NCBI GenBank assembly: GCA_964562175.1
Contig: CAZLRV010000003.1
Location: forward strand, 15,001 to 79,000
DNA length: 64,000 nt
DNA from: an uncultured Lachnospiraceae bacterium
Lineage (GTDB): Bacteria; Bacillota; Clostridia; Oscillospirales; CAG-272
Direction: 5' to 3'
The stretch's first letter is position 1, and each line of letters starts with the position of its first letter. The translations under genes and the position numbers were made by a program. The notes beneath the pieces are model-generated. The model was not told where the DNA came from, made no database searches, and saw nothing but the letters and a program-made list of their open reading frames with translations. Positions 37,301-45,469 of this stretch are shown here, piece by piece.

Positions 37301-38369
37301 GTGAATTGTCGACCGTTGTCAGCTCGATACCGCCGGCATCCTTTACGGAGCAGGTTCTGTAATACATACTTGTATCGTCTGTGATAGCAGCTTTTTCGGC
37401 AAAGGTTATGGTTTTTTCGTCGGCACCGGTCTGAGCCAAAAGGTGCGTCTTCATGCCGAGCGTACCGTAATTTCTGCCCTCGATGATAAAAAGCAATCTG
37501 CCGTTGAGATAGAATGTTATCGTTGCAAGGCTATTGTATATCTCTTTATTGCTCGACGGATTCAAATACTCACGACCGTTGTCAACTATTCTGTAGTCGT
37601 TCCACTGGGTAAGATCCTCCTGGACTTGGAAATTAACAAACACGTTGTCGACATATCTGTTCGAATAGCCGCTTCCGGTAAGTGCCTTTTTTATTACCAG
37701 TGTAAGTGTATGCTTACCCGATACCCAAAGGCCTATACCCGAGCCGCCGATGAATTTCTGGGTCTGCGTATCTCCTGAGCTTACAAGCGAATCGCTCTCG
37801 TAGTAGTTCAACGTAGCATAGTTAGGCTTTCTATACGCCTCAAAGTCTCCGGAGTCGCCTCTGAAAAAGAATGCGTTAGGGCTTGTGACGGATGTAACCG
37901 CCGATTTATACCGGAAGTTCAGCTCATAGCCCTGAGCTGCGTTTTTGTTGTTCGTTACGGCGTAGAAATTCGTTATCATCTGGAAATATTCATTTCCGTC
38001 GATCTTTAAATATTTCGAGCCGTCGGCACTGCCCTCCGAGGTAATGTAACCGGGGTTATTTCCCGAGCTTCCATTTGCTATAGTCGGAGTGAAGTAGTTC
38101 CAACCGCTTGCGCCGTGCGTTGCGTTTGATTTTTTTGTCATTATCGATTGTCCTTCCGCATCGCCGGCAAGATCGAAGGACAGATCTGCCCACTTGTCGT
38201 TATCAGAGTCTATAAAAGTCTTTGCGCTTGCGGGTCGTCCTATGGCTTCTCGTTCAAAGCCCGGTATCGTTCCGCTGTATGTATATGCAAGCATATCAAC
38301 GGGAAGCGATGTAGCGAGCATTATTGCCGTGAGGACACAGGCAAACAAGCGCAGCTTAAATCTCTTCAT
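31368..38369 (-). CDS. 2333-aa secreted giant protein with a fibro-slime/PA14-like domain, a LamG-like N-terminal region, and repeated beta-sandwich modules
   Basis: Strong RBS AGGAGG and signal peptide MKRFKLRLFACVLTAIMLATSLPVDMLA. Core FRFMGDDDVYLFINNQLVLDIGGAHS...YEFRFFYMERHGIAANFAIQTNI matches the fibro-slime (TIGR02148-type) signature from memory. I see no LPXTG, SLH, dockerin or C-terminal TM. Confidence 0.85.
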   Translation of the reverse strand: MKRFKLRLFACVLTAIMLATSLPVDMLAYTYSGTIPGFEREAIGRPASAKTFIDSDNDKWADLSFDLAGDAEGQSIMTKKSNATHGASGWNYFTPTIANGSSGNNPGYITSEGSADGSKYLKIDGNEYFQMITNFYAVTNNKNAAQGYELNFRYKSAVTSVTSPNAFFFRGDSGDFEAYRKPNYATLNYYESDSLVSSGDTQTQKFIGGSGIGLWVSGKHTLTLVIKKALTGSGYSNRYVDNVFVNFQVQEDLTQWNDYRIVDNGREYLNPSSNKEIYNSLATITFYLNGRLLFIIEGRNYGTLGMKTHLLAQTGADEKTITFAEKAAITDDTSMYYRTCSVKDAGGIELTTVDNSLIRNYSRFCFVSRGDSGENSEMCLDNFTAQSYDSTNEADVARVNGYNQVTTNDAIYLPITIRDYAADGMLFEFNEMWFGKYQIEYNATRDEVLRRDYGKIDPKAARVSQNEALYDYNYEYTRFVTLAKNVNGTSYPDGKYSSTYDANGDYYTFETEVSNGDAYILADFGSIGKELKADNYGSIVVRYKTSNTNASDMGIFFQNGDGGRDGGKRVGKSLNKDGNWHNLVFNMKSNANWTGNIKKIWFDFTDNGNNNGSTIDIQYVAICINDNGSQMATDDAYYPYHSFTNGFSKKWNAVGKQQTLTISTHRYMRVRYKTSDVTSITARYTDTNGNAIASSASDYKIYKDNKWHDLFIKIATGSDAYGFKLDYSGTLKICSVAAMNYADFEGTYTAGWSSGGDANSHTYRDKYDQQMIFLYAYNRNGLTLDDLGTVNDQAVYYANVRYKTGADKLYLNVETRRDNFTIESSMRLEIPDVRNDGQWHTAAVELKAMNWKGSQIYVSSSNGSTLDCGAVAFLQYSKKDGSSKSVEEQKAYCKFYATFYNPVVDYAQQRSNHIAFGLALEQKTTGNGNDNYTANFTKTDDAYLFGINGTGTIRPGSQNYLQHATSYNVSNRVNTSYGTLIRGIAVQGLTEATLVNGKPVYKQGTVEFLANVLAYALKEGTQNSAYAKGYLHHNMIIGEVNDELYGKGKDFAALLRSKLNDSTANGLFGAYAHYEVGDYNTAKSRNYNLSNFKNGAKGSFTCMDVALYMLNSLYVTGQDQNRNVTGTGYSMEISNYNNLALVRSVDNNGKYNYTFSSGFAGTKYDEESKSIYNTQTVSTPYYKIKNGQTRVSPLPDYNYMFNPLGSSRNSMQGMGGSKTALGYGDTDPFYLGEDATTINSPFGDRYTGFNYNFSMEGHAAFVYHEADNLYFRFMGDDDVYLFINNQLVLDIGGAHSRTDVELYVNDVKNKLGLVEGESYEFRFFYMERHGIAANFAIQTNIRLSSPDMPVEKDCYLEGEQLEFGDNVQDSDKLQYTFSAENISKDTSNKIEYMQFTDSALGFALGYDNASDSSWRCELGSYTPKGGSTTNRQLSELTIIITDSTGKTVNTYSNLDLGSAKSVLKKGITSGQKMTIKGVIYYLTQSNIDQNTFVNTVSVRSQFDQGGGQYKALEGNAQFVVNISDLWIYLWEDHNRTYSITDVISDSTRIGSSTYGALKKDNTIGVYISDANKNKITSGDHKITAGTTLSGAYQDGYNISDTKVTSNVKNTGTTSYFFTLIAQDPTTQQVQKFGPYGVTVFTYGLSDVTYVLDYGLPVTVYADPGEKDGTPYLGGSGDTLSLSTNGDELREILGFKKSAPTATTSGTVEGYTSNFSETGTYGSFAGTAGSTAAAATPLTYTPSKFLHGSDDVYVAVGITDETCQSTDNAQKYSVKYGIQMYKKISFVPAYVVYYEENIGSIVYSNGLNTGKVTGTTQNTQSSNQNENYGYDKSYLDDTTTVDTIEKNSQFKWYTGLGGYTFKKGIGGFDGVGNNYNFSNGTYAALYTDATDYSGANKNATFTFNGTGFELISFTNLSSAMVRVVVKKNNGDIEKQKIVITQYVNGHLDQVPIISIRDLPYNEYTVEIYVSKPVNGKGTRFYLDGVRIYDPVKNDSNITNHYKEQNVTIEELRANILKNNPTVGIVDFVPTGDGTGTQVSFSAGNSVVERIDTYWKDELKDGEWSFSDSDGTYSYANVGPNNEVYLMGNRNALVFRVLPNDGVSVEDVVLEIEAKKASGNDLGWYEYVGYDIATEKLTLPATSTKITSYTAMYHSIDVSKCINNVDGSYTVIVMLDRNGDDEDSVVSVSNIKYAGCTLEEFNLGDVVKGGAVATSLDAEIVKSVMGVMLAANEGYQINENITIDSVSAAVAYEYGENVVVSVIASANATSVKAVDENGNEVEIVSQNTVAYGEKAMMSVDLGVLEAGTYKYTFTALDKDGRESPMNVVKTITVEE
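34345..34640 (-). other. fibro-slime / PA14-like core (about aa 1245-1340 of the giant protein)
   Basis: GFNYNFSMEGHAAFVYHEADNLYFRFMGDDDVYLFINNQLVLDIGGAHSRTDVELYVNDV...GESYEFRFFYMERHGIAANFAIQTNIRL. Codons were verified against the DNA at 34321-34380 and 34501-34560. Confidence 0.7.
35745..36857 (-). repeat. three divergent protein-level modules of about 100-125 aa ('RYKT' modules) inside the giant protein
   Basis: Shared signatures are SIVVRYKTS...DGNWHNLVF, YMRVRYKTS...DNKWHDLFI and YANVRYKTG...DGQWHTAAV, with RYK at about aa 542, 671 and 801. Confidence 0.6.
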
Positions 38370-38472
38370 AAAATTTCCTCCTAATTCGTTTTAAGAAAGA
38401 ATGTTTCATCTATTTTAATCGGTCGCATCGGCTGTCACGCCGTGCGTACCGTTATGTAAGTTATCGAGGAGT

Positions 38473-38739
38473 CTACTCAGTCAGCAGGCCTTTAAGTCTG
38501 AGCATACGCAGCATCTTTTCGATATCGTCCTCGGCTTGATCCTTTTCCACCTCGTACTCATCGCACAAGAGCCGCACAAGCTCATCCGTTGTAACATCCT
38601 CGCCCAAGCGTTGCATTATCAGCGCACCTGATTCGGATGTGGTGATAATACCCTCATACGGATCGGAGCATGAGTTTACGGCAACAAAAACATATTCTCC
38701 CGCTATCTTTTTCATAACGAGCTTTTGTCTTAATCGCAT
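38473..38739 (-). CDS. PqqD-family (RiPP recognition element-like) small protein
   Basis: 88 aa: KKIAGEYVFVAVNS...GIITTSESGALIMQRLGEDVTTDELVRLLCDEYEVEKDQAEDDIEKMLRMLRLKGLL. This fits the PF05402 pattern (bound strand, then a winged helix with a 'YdV..e.a..Dv..fl..L...gli' tail). An AAGGAGGG RBS lies 7 nt upstream. Confidence 0.75.
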   Translation of the reverse strand: MRLRQKLVMKKIAGEYVFVAVNSCSDPYEGIITTSESGALIMQRLGEDVTTDELVRLLCDEYEVEKDQAEDDIEKMLRMLRLKGLLTE

Positions 38740-38773
38740 ACCTCTACCCTCCTTCGTATAATTTTACGGAGAT

Positions 38774-38802
38774 ATTGTATCATACAAAATATAATTTGTC
38801 AA
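38774..38802 (-). promoter_or_regulatory. consensus-like sigma-A promoter of the PqqD-giant-peptide operon
   Basis: On the minus strand: TTGACA (38802-38797), 17-nt spacer, TACAAT (38779-38774). The -10 element ends 34 nt upstream of the PqqD-like ATG. Confidence 0.7.
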
Positions 38803-39128
38803 GTGTTTTTGCAAAAAATTTTACATTTTTTCTTGGTTCTTCGGAGAAAATACGATCTGCCGTTTTGTTCGTTTCGACAGGGGCTTTTAGTGCGAATATA
38901 TTTTGCGGCATGGTCCGTCATAGTGGAATAATCGGCGGCTCGGTGGGTCTATTTGAAAAAAAGAAATTTCGTATTCGCCCACAGTCCGGTTCGCCTTCCG
39001 CTCTTTCACGGAGGGTGTCTTATTATATGATTACAATTCGAAGGTGGGATATATCGACGTAGGGCGTCGGTTTTTGAGGGACGGGCGTGAATATTTACAA
39101 AATATTTTTTCATAATTCACATTAGTTC

Positions 39129-39157
39129 TTGACAATCGGCTATGAATAATGTATAAT
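39129..39157 (+). promoter_or_regulatory. consensus sigma-A promoter for the transketolase operon
   Basis: TTGACA (39129-39134), 17-nt spacer, TATAAT (39152-39157). Confidence 0.75.
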
Positions 39158-39191
39158 ATATAGAGTTTACAAAATACGAAAGGATCAGACC

Positions 39192-40025
39192 ATGGACGAA
39201 CAGAAGAAATCGCAGCTATGTGAGCTTGCGAACAATATCAGGAAAGATATTATCACCGAGGTATACACGGCATCATCGGGCCATCCGGGCGGTTCGCTTT
39301 CAATCGCCGATCTGCTTGCATATCTTTATTTTGAAAAAATGAACGTAAAAGCGGACAATCCCAAATGGGAGGATCGTGACCGTCTTGTATTATCGAAGGG
39401 TCACACTGCGCCCGCACTTTACGCCGCACTTGCGGAGAAGGGCTTTTTCCCGAAGGAAGAGCTTGTGGGATTCAGAAACATAAATTCCTTTTTGCAGGGA
39501 CATCCCGACATGAAGCACACGCCGGGAGTTGATATGTCCTCCGGTTCGCTCGGCTTGGGAATTTCCGCAGCTTGCGGAATGGCACTCGGCGGTAAGGTAC
39601 AGAATAAGTCATTCAGAGTATATACGGTACTCGGTGACGGTGAGATAGCCGAGGGTCAGGTATGGGAGGCGGCAATGTTTGCCGCACATTACAAGCTTGA
39701 CAATTTGACGGCATTTGTCGATTGGAACGGCTTACAGATAGACGGAGCGATAGTTGACGTAATGGACTCCACGCCTATCGACGAAAAGTTCCGTGCATTC
39801 AAGTGGAACGTAGCGGTGATAGACGGTCACGACTTTGACCAAATAGACGAGGCTGTGACAAACGCCGAGGCGTGTGTCGGCAAGCCGAGTGTAATAATAA
39901 TGAAAACAATAAAAGGAAAAGGTGTTTCCTACATGGAAAACAAGGCAAGCTGGCACGGTTCCGCTCCGAATGCGGAGCAGTACGAGCAGGCTATGTCGGA
40001 GCTTGGGGGTAAGTGCAATGGCTGA
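39192..40025 (+). CDS. transketolase, N-terminal (TPP pyrophosphate-binding) subunit
   Basis: 277 aa with the pattern SSGHPGGSLSIADL...LSKGH...GSLGLG...LGDGE typical of split transketolase. Confidence 0.9.
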   Translation: MDEQKKSQLCELANNIRKDIITEVYTASSGHPGGSLSIADLLAYLYFEKMNVKADNPKWEDRDRLVLSKGHTAPALYAALAEKGFFPKEELVGFRNINSFLQGHPDMKHTPGVDMSSGSLGLGISAACGMALGGKVQNKSFRVYTVLGDGEIAEGQVWEAAMFAAHYKLDNLTAFVDWNGLQIDGAIVDVMDSTPIDEKFRAFKWNVAVIDGHDFDQIDEAVTNAEACVGKPSVIIMKTIKGKGVSYMENKASWHGSAPNAEQYEQAMSELGGKCNG

Positions 40026-40968
40026 GAAGATAGCAACGAGAGAGGCGTACGGCAACGCATTGGCGGAGTTCGGCGCAAAGTATGACAAATTAGTCGTTTT
40101 GGATGCTGACCTTGCGGGAGCCACCAAGACAGGCGTTTTCAAAAAGGCGTTTCCCGAACGTCATTTTGATTGCGGAATAGCCGAGGGCAATATGTTTTCG
40201 GCGGCGGCGGGCTTGTCAACGACGGGACTTATACCCTTTGCATCCACGTTTGCCATGTTTGCGGCGGGACGTGCGTTTGAGCAGATAAGAAACTCTATAG
40301 GATATCCGCACCTCAATGTTAAAATAGGTGCGACTCATGCGGGAATCACCGTCGGCGAGGACGGTGCGACGCATCAATGTCTTGAGGATTTCGCAACGAT
40401 GCGTTCCATACCGGGAATGACGGTCATATGCCCTGCCGATGCGGTCGAGGCAAGATGTGCGGTCGAGGCGGCAATAAACTATGAGGGTCCCGTTTATTTG
40501 CGTTTCGGACGTGCGGCAGTTCCCGTACTTTTCGATAAAGAAACGTACAAATTTGAAATGGGCAAGGGTGTTGTGCTTGCCGAGGGTACAGACGTTACGC
40601 TTATCGCAAACGGTGTTATGGTAGATCTTGCGCTCGGTGCGGCAAAGTGCTTGTCCGAGCAGGGTATTTCGGCAAGAGTCATAAATATGCACACTGTAAA
40701 GCCGCTTGACGAGAAGCTTGTGCTTGAGTCTGCGACAGCCACGGGTTGTATCGTGACCTGCGAGGAGCATAACATAATCGGCGGCTTGGGCGAGGCTGTA
40801 TGCTCATGTGTATGCTCTGCCCGTCCCGTTCCCGTTTTGCGTGTCGGAGTAAACGATACCTTCGGCAGAAGCGGCAAGGTTGCGCCTCTTATGGAATATT
40901 ACGGACTTACCGTTGAAAATATCGTCGCAAAAGCACTTGCCGCCGTTGAAATGAAGAAAAATGGCTGA
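40018..40968 (+). CDS. transketolase, C-terminal (pyrimidine-binding) subunit
   Basis: Start at MAEKIATREAYG (ATG 40018) overlaps the upstream stop. It shows the FDCGIAEGNM and THAGITVGEDGATHQ motifs. Confidence 0.9.
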   Translation: MAEKIATREAYGNALAEFGAKYDKLVVLDADLAGATKTGVFKKAFPERHFDCGIAEGNMFSAAAGLSTTGLIPFASTFAMFAAGRAFEQIRNSIGYPHLNVKIGATHAGITVGEDGATHQCLEDFATMRSIPGMTVICPADAVEARCAVEAAINYEGPVYLRFGRAAVPVLFDKETYKFEMGKGVVLAEGTDVTLIANGVMVDLALGAAKCLSEQGISARVINMHTVKPLDEKLVLESATATGCIVTCEEHNIIGGLGEAVCSCVCSARPVPVLRVGVNDTFGRSGKVAPLMEYYGLTVENIVAKALAAVEMKKNG

Positions 40969-41872
40969 AAAATTCGAGCCTTGCGGGCTTATCTGCATTG
41001 ATAAGCCCGAGGGGCTTACCTCTCACGATGTTGTGAATAAAATAAGACGGCTTTTCGGAACGAGAAAAGTCGGTCATACAGGCACCCTCGACCCTATGGC
41101 GACGGGGGTGCTTGTCGTGCTTGTCGGACGTTGTGCCAAGGCAAGCGAATATCTGCTTTGCGATGATAAGCAATATACGGCACGTATAAAATTGGGTATT
41201 ACCACGGACAGCGAGGACATTACGGGCAAAATAACATCTCAAAGCGACGCTTTGCCGTCGGAGAAAGAATTTCACGAAATATTAAAAGGCTTTATCGGTG
41301 ATATCGTTCAGGTACCGCCGATGTATTCGGCAATTAAGGTCGGCGGAAGGAAGCTTTACGAGCTTGCGAGAAGCGGGCAGACCGTTGAACGTGAGGGACG
41401 GAGGGTGAGCATACGCCGACTTGAAGCGAGACGTTTGAGTGAGGACGAGTATGAGCTTGACGTTACCTGCTCAAAGGGTACATATATACGCACGCTTTGC
41501 TCCGATATCGGAGGTGCCTGCGGCTGCGGTGGGGTAATGTCATATTTAAGGCGAGTGGCAAGCGGACGATTTACGCTCGGCGATACTCACACGCTATGCG
41601 AGCTTGAGGAGCTTGAGTCGGCACAAAGATACGAGCTGCTTTTACCCACGGAAGCACTGTTTGCCGACCTTCCCGCCGTTCGATTCAACAAATTTTACGA
41701 GCGGCTTTTCAAAAACGGATGTGAGATCTATCAGAATAAAGTCGGTCTGTCCTATCCGCTCGGCACACGGCTTGCAATATATGACGACGGCGGCTTTTAC
41801 GCACTGGGCGAGGTATTTTCATTTGAGGACGGCTTGGGTATCAAATCTATTAAAATTTTCAGATTGGATTAG
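40961..41872 (+). CDS. truB: tRNA pseudouridine(55) synthase
   Basis: GLICIDKPEGLTSHDVV...GHTGTLDPMATGVL with the catalytic Asp motif. Confidence 0.92.
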   Translation: MAEKFEPCGLICIDKPEGLTSHDVVNKIRRLFGTRKVGHTGTLDPMATGVLVVLVGRCAKASEYLLCDDKQYTARIKLGITTDSEDITGKITSQSDALPSEKEFHEILKGFIGDIVQVPPMYSAIKVGGRKLYELARSGQTVEREGRRVSIRRLEARRLSEDEYELDVTCSKGTYIRTLCSDIGGACGCGGVMSYLRRVASGRFTLGDTHTLCELEELESAQRYELLLPTEALFADLPAVRFNKFYERLFKNGCEIYQNKVGLSYPLGTRLAIYDDGGFYALGEVFSFEDGLGIKSIKIFRLD

Positions 41873-41875
41873 TTT

Positions 41876-44800
41876 ATGCAATTATTGCTCGATTACATGA
41901 GAGCGGAACGTGAATACAAGGGCTTTATCGAACACAGGCGTTCCCTTTTGACACGCAAGCCCAAGCCCGTCGGCGTAACGGGATTATCGGACGGAGCAAA
42001 ATACGCTTTTTACGCCGCTTCGATAAAGGATCTCAAAAAATGCGCTCTCATTATCGTACCGGACGAAAAGGACTGTATCAGGGCTTATAATTCCCTATCC
42101 GCATACGGCTTGGCTTGCGGCGTTTACCCATTGAGAGATCTCATGCTTCACTCGGTGATATCCTCACACGATTACGAGCATCAGCGTTTATCGGTGCTTT
42201 CGGGGATATTAAACGGCACACTTGATTGTGTTATCGCAACGCCGGATGCCGTTATGCAATTCACCACACCGAAGAATGTACTTAAGAACAATTCTCTGAC
42301 ATTATCGCTCTCGGACACATGCGAGCTTTCACAGCTGTGTGAGATGTTGACCGAGTCGGGCTATGCGAGGGTGGAAACGGTTGACGGCATCGGTCAATTT
42401 TCCGTAAGGGGCGGAATCGTCGATATATTTTCACCCGGCTCGGAGTATCCGTACAGAATGGAGCTGTTCGGCGATGAAATAGATTCGATGGGCATATTCG
42501 ACATACTGTCGCAAAGACGTATCGAGAGCATATTATCGCTTACCGTTTTGCCCGTCCGTGAGGTCATAGCCGACAATGAGGGGCGTAAAAAGATATATTC
42601 GGCAGTCGAGGCGGCACTTAAAAAGGTCAAAAAATCGGATGCGAAAAAGGAACTGCTCACAGAGCTTGACGCACTCGATGCCGGCGGGGAGCTTTTATTC
42701 GCAGACAAGTACATGAGTTTGATATATGATGAAAGCACCTGTCTGTTAGATTACTTTTCAAATGAGAGCCTTATTTTCATTGACGGCTCCGCAGGTGTTT
42801 CCGCTCGTGTTGAAGCATATGAGAAAATGACCGAAAACACGATACTCGGAATGATAGAGTCGGGGCAGATACTTGCAAAATACGCCTGCTACGGTATTTA
42901 CGGCGATGACCTTTATTCCTTGATAAATTCAAAAAACTCGGTATATATAGATGTTTTCGTGCGTTCGGGCGTGAATTTCGACCAGACTTTTTCTTTCAGA
43001 AGCTCGAATCAGCCGTACTATTCGGACAGCATGGAGCTTTTATGCGAGGATGTGACCAATTATATTTCAAGCAATTACGCCGTGATATTGCTTTGCGAAA
43101 ACGAGGCGACGGCGAAGAACTATTCAAAAATGCTCGACGAGCATTCCATATCCTCTCTAAGCATATCAAGTGAAACGGAAGAGGCAAGCATTGATATGCT
43201 GTACGGCAAGTGCGTGCTCGTATACGGCTCATTTTGCCCCGGCTTTATTCTTGAGGGTGTGCATCTTGCCTGTATTTCCCTTTGCGTAAATCAAAGCTCA
43301 TACAACAAAAAGACAGTAAGGACCTCAAGCAGAACCAAAAAGGGTTCGGGCAAGGAGCGTATCATGTCCTACGCCGATCTTGTCATCGGCGATTACGTCG
43401 TACACGATACGCACGGCATCGGTCTTTACAACGGTATCAAGTCGCTTACGGATTATCAGGGTGTTACAAAGGATTTTCTGCAAATAGAATATTCCGAGGG
43501 CTCGCTACTGTATGTTCCGTGCGACAGACTTGACACTTTATCCAAATATATCGGTGCGAGAATGAGTGACGGCACCGTCAAGCTCAACAAAATGGGCGGT
43601 GGCGAGTGGAACAAATCCAAAGCCAAGGTCAAAGCCGCAGTAAGAGAGATGGCTCGTGAGCTTATCGAGCTTTACGCAAAGCGTATGAAAACGCCAGGCT
43701 TCAAGTTTTCGCATGATGACGATATGCAAAGGCAATTCGAGGGTGCGTTTGAGTATGAGGAAACGGAATGTCAGCTTGAGGCGTGCAATGATATAAAGCG
43801 TGATATGCAATCGGAGCATCCCATGGACAGACTCTTGTGTGGCGATGTCGGCTTCGGTAAGACCGAGGTCGCATTGCGTGCGGCTTTCAAGGCGGTATGT
43901 GACAACAAGCAGGTCGCAATACTCGTTCCCACCACCATACTTGCAATGCAGCATTATCAAACGGTGCTTTCCCGTATGCGTACATTTCCCGTTTCAGTCG
44001 ATCTGCTCTCGCGCTTCCGAACGCAAAAGCAACAGCTTGAAACGCTCAGACGGCTGAAGCGAGGTGATGTCGATATCATAATCGGCACGCACAGGCTCAT
44101 ATCAAAGGACGTTGAATTTAAGGACTTGGGACTTATCATAATCGACGAGGAACAGCGTTTCGGAGTGGCTCACAAAGAGAGGCTTAAGCAGATATCGAAA
44201 AACGCCGACGTGCTGACGCTCACCGCAACGCCGATACCGAGAACGCTCAACATGGCGATAAGCGGTATACGCGATATGAGCGTGCTTGACGAGCCGCCGG
44301 GGGACAGAATGCCTCCGCAATCGTATGTCATAGAATACGATGAGCTTATAATTGCCGAGGCAATAAAAAAAGAGTTAAGGCGCGGCGGTCAGGTGTTCTA
44401 TCTGCACAACGAGGTCGAGGACATAGATCTTTGCGCATCGAAAATAGCAAAGCTTGTGCCGGATGCCTCAATATCGATCGCACACGGGCAAATGGATAAA
44501 GAGGAGCTGTCGGACGTGTGGCAAAGCGTTGTAGACGGACGGACGGATATCCTTGTATGCACGACTATTATAGAAACGGGTATCGACGTGCCGAATGCGA
44601 ATACGCTCATCATAGAAAATGCCGATAAAATGGGCTTGTCACAGCTTCATCAGATACGAGGTCGTATCGGCAGAAGCTCGCGTCGGTCTTATGCGTATTT
44701 TACATATCGTAAGGATAAGGTACTTACGGAAATTGCCGAAAAGCGACTTAAGGCACTGAGCGAATACACGGAATTCGGTTCGGGCTTCAAAATAGCTCTT

Positions 44801-45379
44801 CGTGACCTTGAGCTGAGGGGTGCGGGCAATGTCTTGGGCGTACAGCAACACGGTCACATGGAGAGTGTAGGCTATGATATGTACATAAAGCTGTTAAACG
44901 AGGCGGTGCTTGAGGAAACGGGTACTGTCGAGACGAAAAAGAGCGATTGCTCCGTGGAGCTTAACATATCGGCGTACATTCCGGAGGATTATATAACCTC
45001 GTCCTCACAGCGTATTGAGATATACAAGAAGATATCGCATATAATCACATCAGCCGATGCGGACGATATCGCATCGGAGCTGTTAGACCGTTTTGGCGAT
45101 ATACCGAACACGGCATGCTCGCTCATAGACATTTCGTATATCCGCTCGATGGGCTGTGAATGCGGTATTAAAAAGATAGCGCAAAACGGCAACACGGTGA
45201 CCTTTACTCCGGAGGAAAACGATTTGAAGAAGCTCGTCGGTCTGACAACTGAGTCAAACGGGCGAATGTTCATCATCCCCGGTGCATCGCCTACCGTTGT
45301 TTACAGGATAAAAAAGGGTGACAACGTGCTTTCGTATATCAAAAAGGCACTTGAGTGTGCCGTGAGCGATCGCATATAG
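41876..45379 (+). CDS. mfd: transcription-repair coupling factor
   Basis: 1167 aa with a UvrB-homology N-terminus, an RNAP-interacting CarD-like region ([11 protein letters not shown]), helicase motifs [11 protein letters not shown] and DEEQRFGV, and a TRG motif. Confidence 0.95.
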   Translation: MQLLLDYMRAEREYKGFIEHRRSLLTRKPKPVGVTGLSDGAKYAFYAASIKDLKKCALIIVPDEKDCIRAYNSLSAYGLACGVYPLRDLMLHSVISSHDYEHQRLSVLSGILNGTLDCVIATPDAVMQFTTPKNVLKNNSLTLSLSDTCELSQLCEMLTESGYARVETVDGIGQFSVRGGIVDIFSPGSEYPYRMELFGDEIDSMGIFDILSQRRIESILSLTVLPVREVIADNEGRKKIYSAVEAALKKVKKSDAKKELLTELDALDAGGELLFADKYMSLIYDESTCLLDYFSNESLIFIDGSAGVSARVEAYEKMTENTILGMIESGQILAKYACYGIYGDDLYSLINSKNSVYIDVFVRSGVNFDQTFSFRSSNQPYYSDSMELLCEDVTNYISSNYAVILLCENEATAKNYSKMLDEHSISSLSISSETEEASIDMLYGKCVLVYGSFCPGFILEGVHLACISLCVNQSSYNKKTVRTSSRTKKGSGKERIMSYADLVIGDYVVHDTHGIGLYNGIKSLTDYQGVTKDFLQIEYSEGSLLYVPCDRLDTLSKYIGARMSDGTVKLNKMGGGEWNKSKAKVKAAVREMARELIELYAKRMKTPGFKFSHDDDMQRQFEGAFEYEETECQLEACNDIKRDMQSEHPMDRLLCGDVGFGKTEVALRAAFKAVCDNKQVAILVPTTILAMQHYQTVLSRMRTFPVSVDLLSRFRTQKQQLETLRRLKRGDVDIIIGTHRLISKDVEFKDLGLIIIDEEQRFGVAHKERLKQISKNADVLTLTATPIPRTLNMAISGIRDMSVLDEPPGDRMPPQSYVIEYDELIIAEAIKKELRRGGQVFYLHNEVEDIDLCASKIAKLVPDASISIAHGQMDKEELSDVWQSVVDGRTDILVCTTIIETGIDVPNANTLIIENADKMGLSQLHQIRGRIGRSSRRSYAYFTYRKDKVLTEIAEKRLKALSEYTEFGSGFKIALRDLELRGAGNVLGVQQHGHMESVGYDMYIKLLNEAVLEETGTVETKKSDCSVELNISAYIPEDYITSSSQRIEIYKKISHIITSADADDIASELLDRFGDIPNTACSLIDISYIRSMGCECGIKKIAQNGNTVTFTPEENDLKKLVGLTTESNGRMFIIPGASPTVVYRIKKGDNVLSYIKKALECAVSDRI

Positions 45380-45469
45380 TGTAAATTATTTTTTAATTAT
45401 TCAATATTTAATTGAAATATACGCTTTTTGGGTGTAGAATTACCACATAAAACGTATAAGGTCTGTCAT

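Noticed and set aside
31368-38369. Multiple antisense or alternative-frame ORFs inside the giant gene (for example 34806-35201, 37443-37778, 36447-36734, 34055-34432)
   Set aside because: They have no RBSs and Cys/Arg/His-rich or otherwise atypical composition. They are the expected by-products of a 7-kb ORF, and the in-frame giant protein has coherent domain signatures throughout.
38370-38472. Possible attenuator or terminator in the 103-nt spacer between the PqqD-like gene and the giant gene
   Set aside because: Only weak, short stems are present (for example around cgcacggcgtg) and there is no U-run. I treat it as a plain intercistronic spacer carrying the AGGAGG RBS.
38803-39191. TPP riboswitch in front of the TPP-dependent transketolase genes
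   Set aside because: No CTGAGA / ACCTGATCTGGATAATGCCAGCG-like elements are present. In addition, a consensus promoter (39129-39157) lies downstream of the structured segment, so the segment would not be in the tkt leader.
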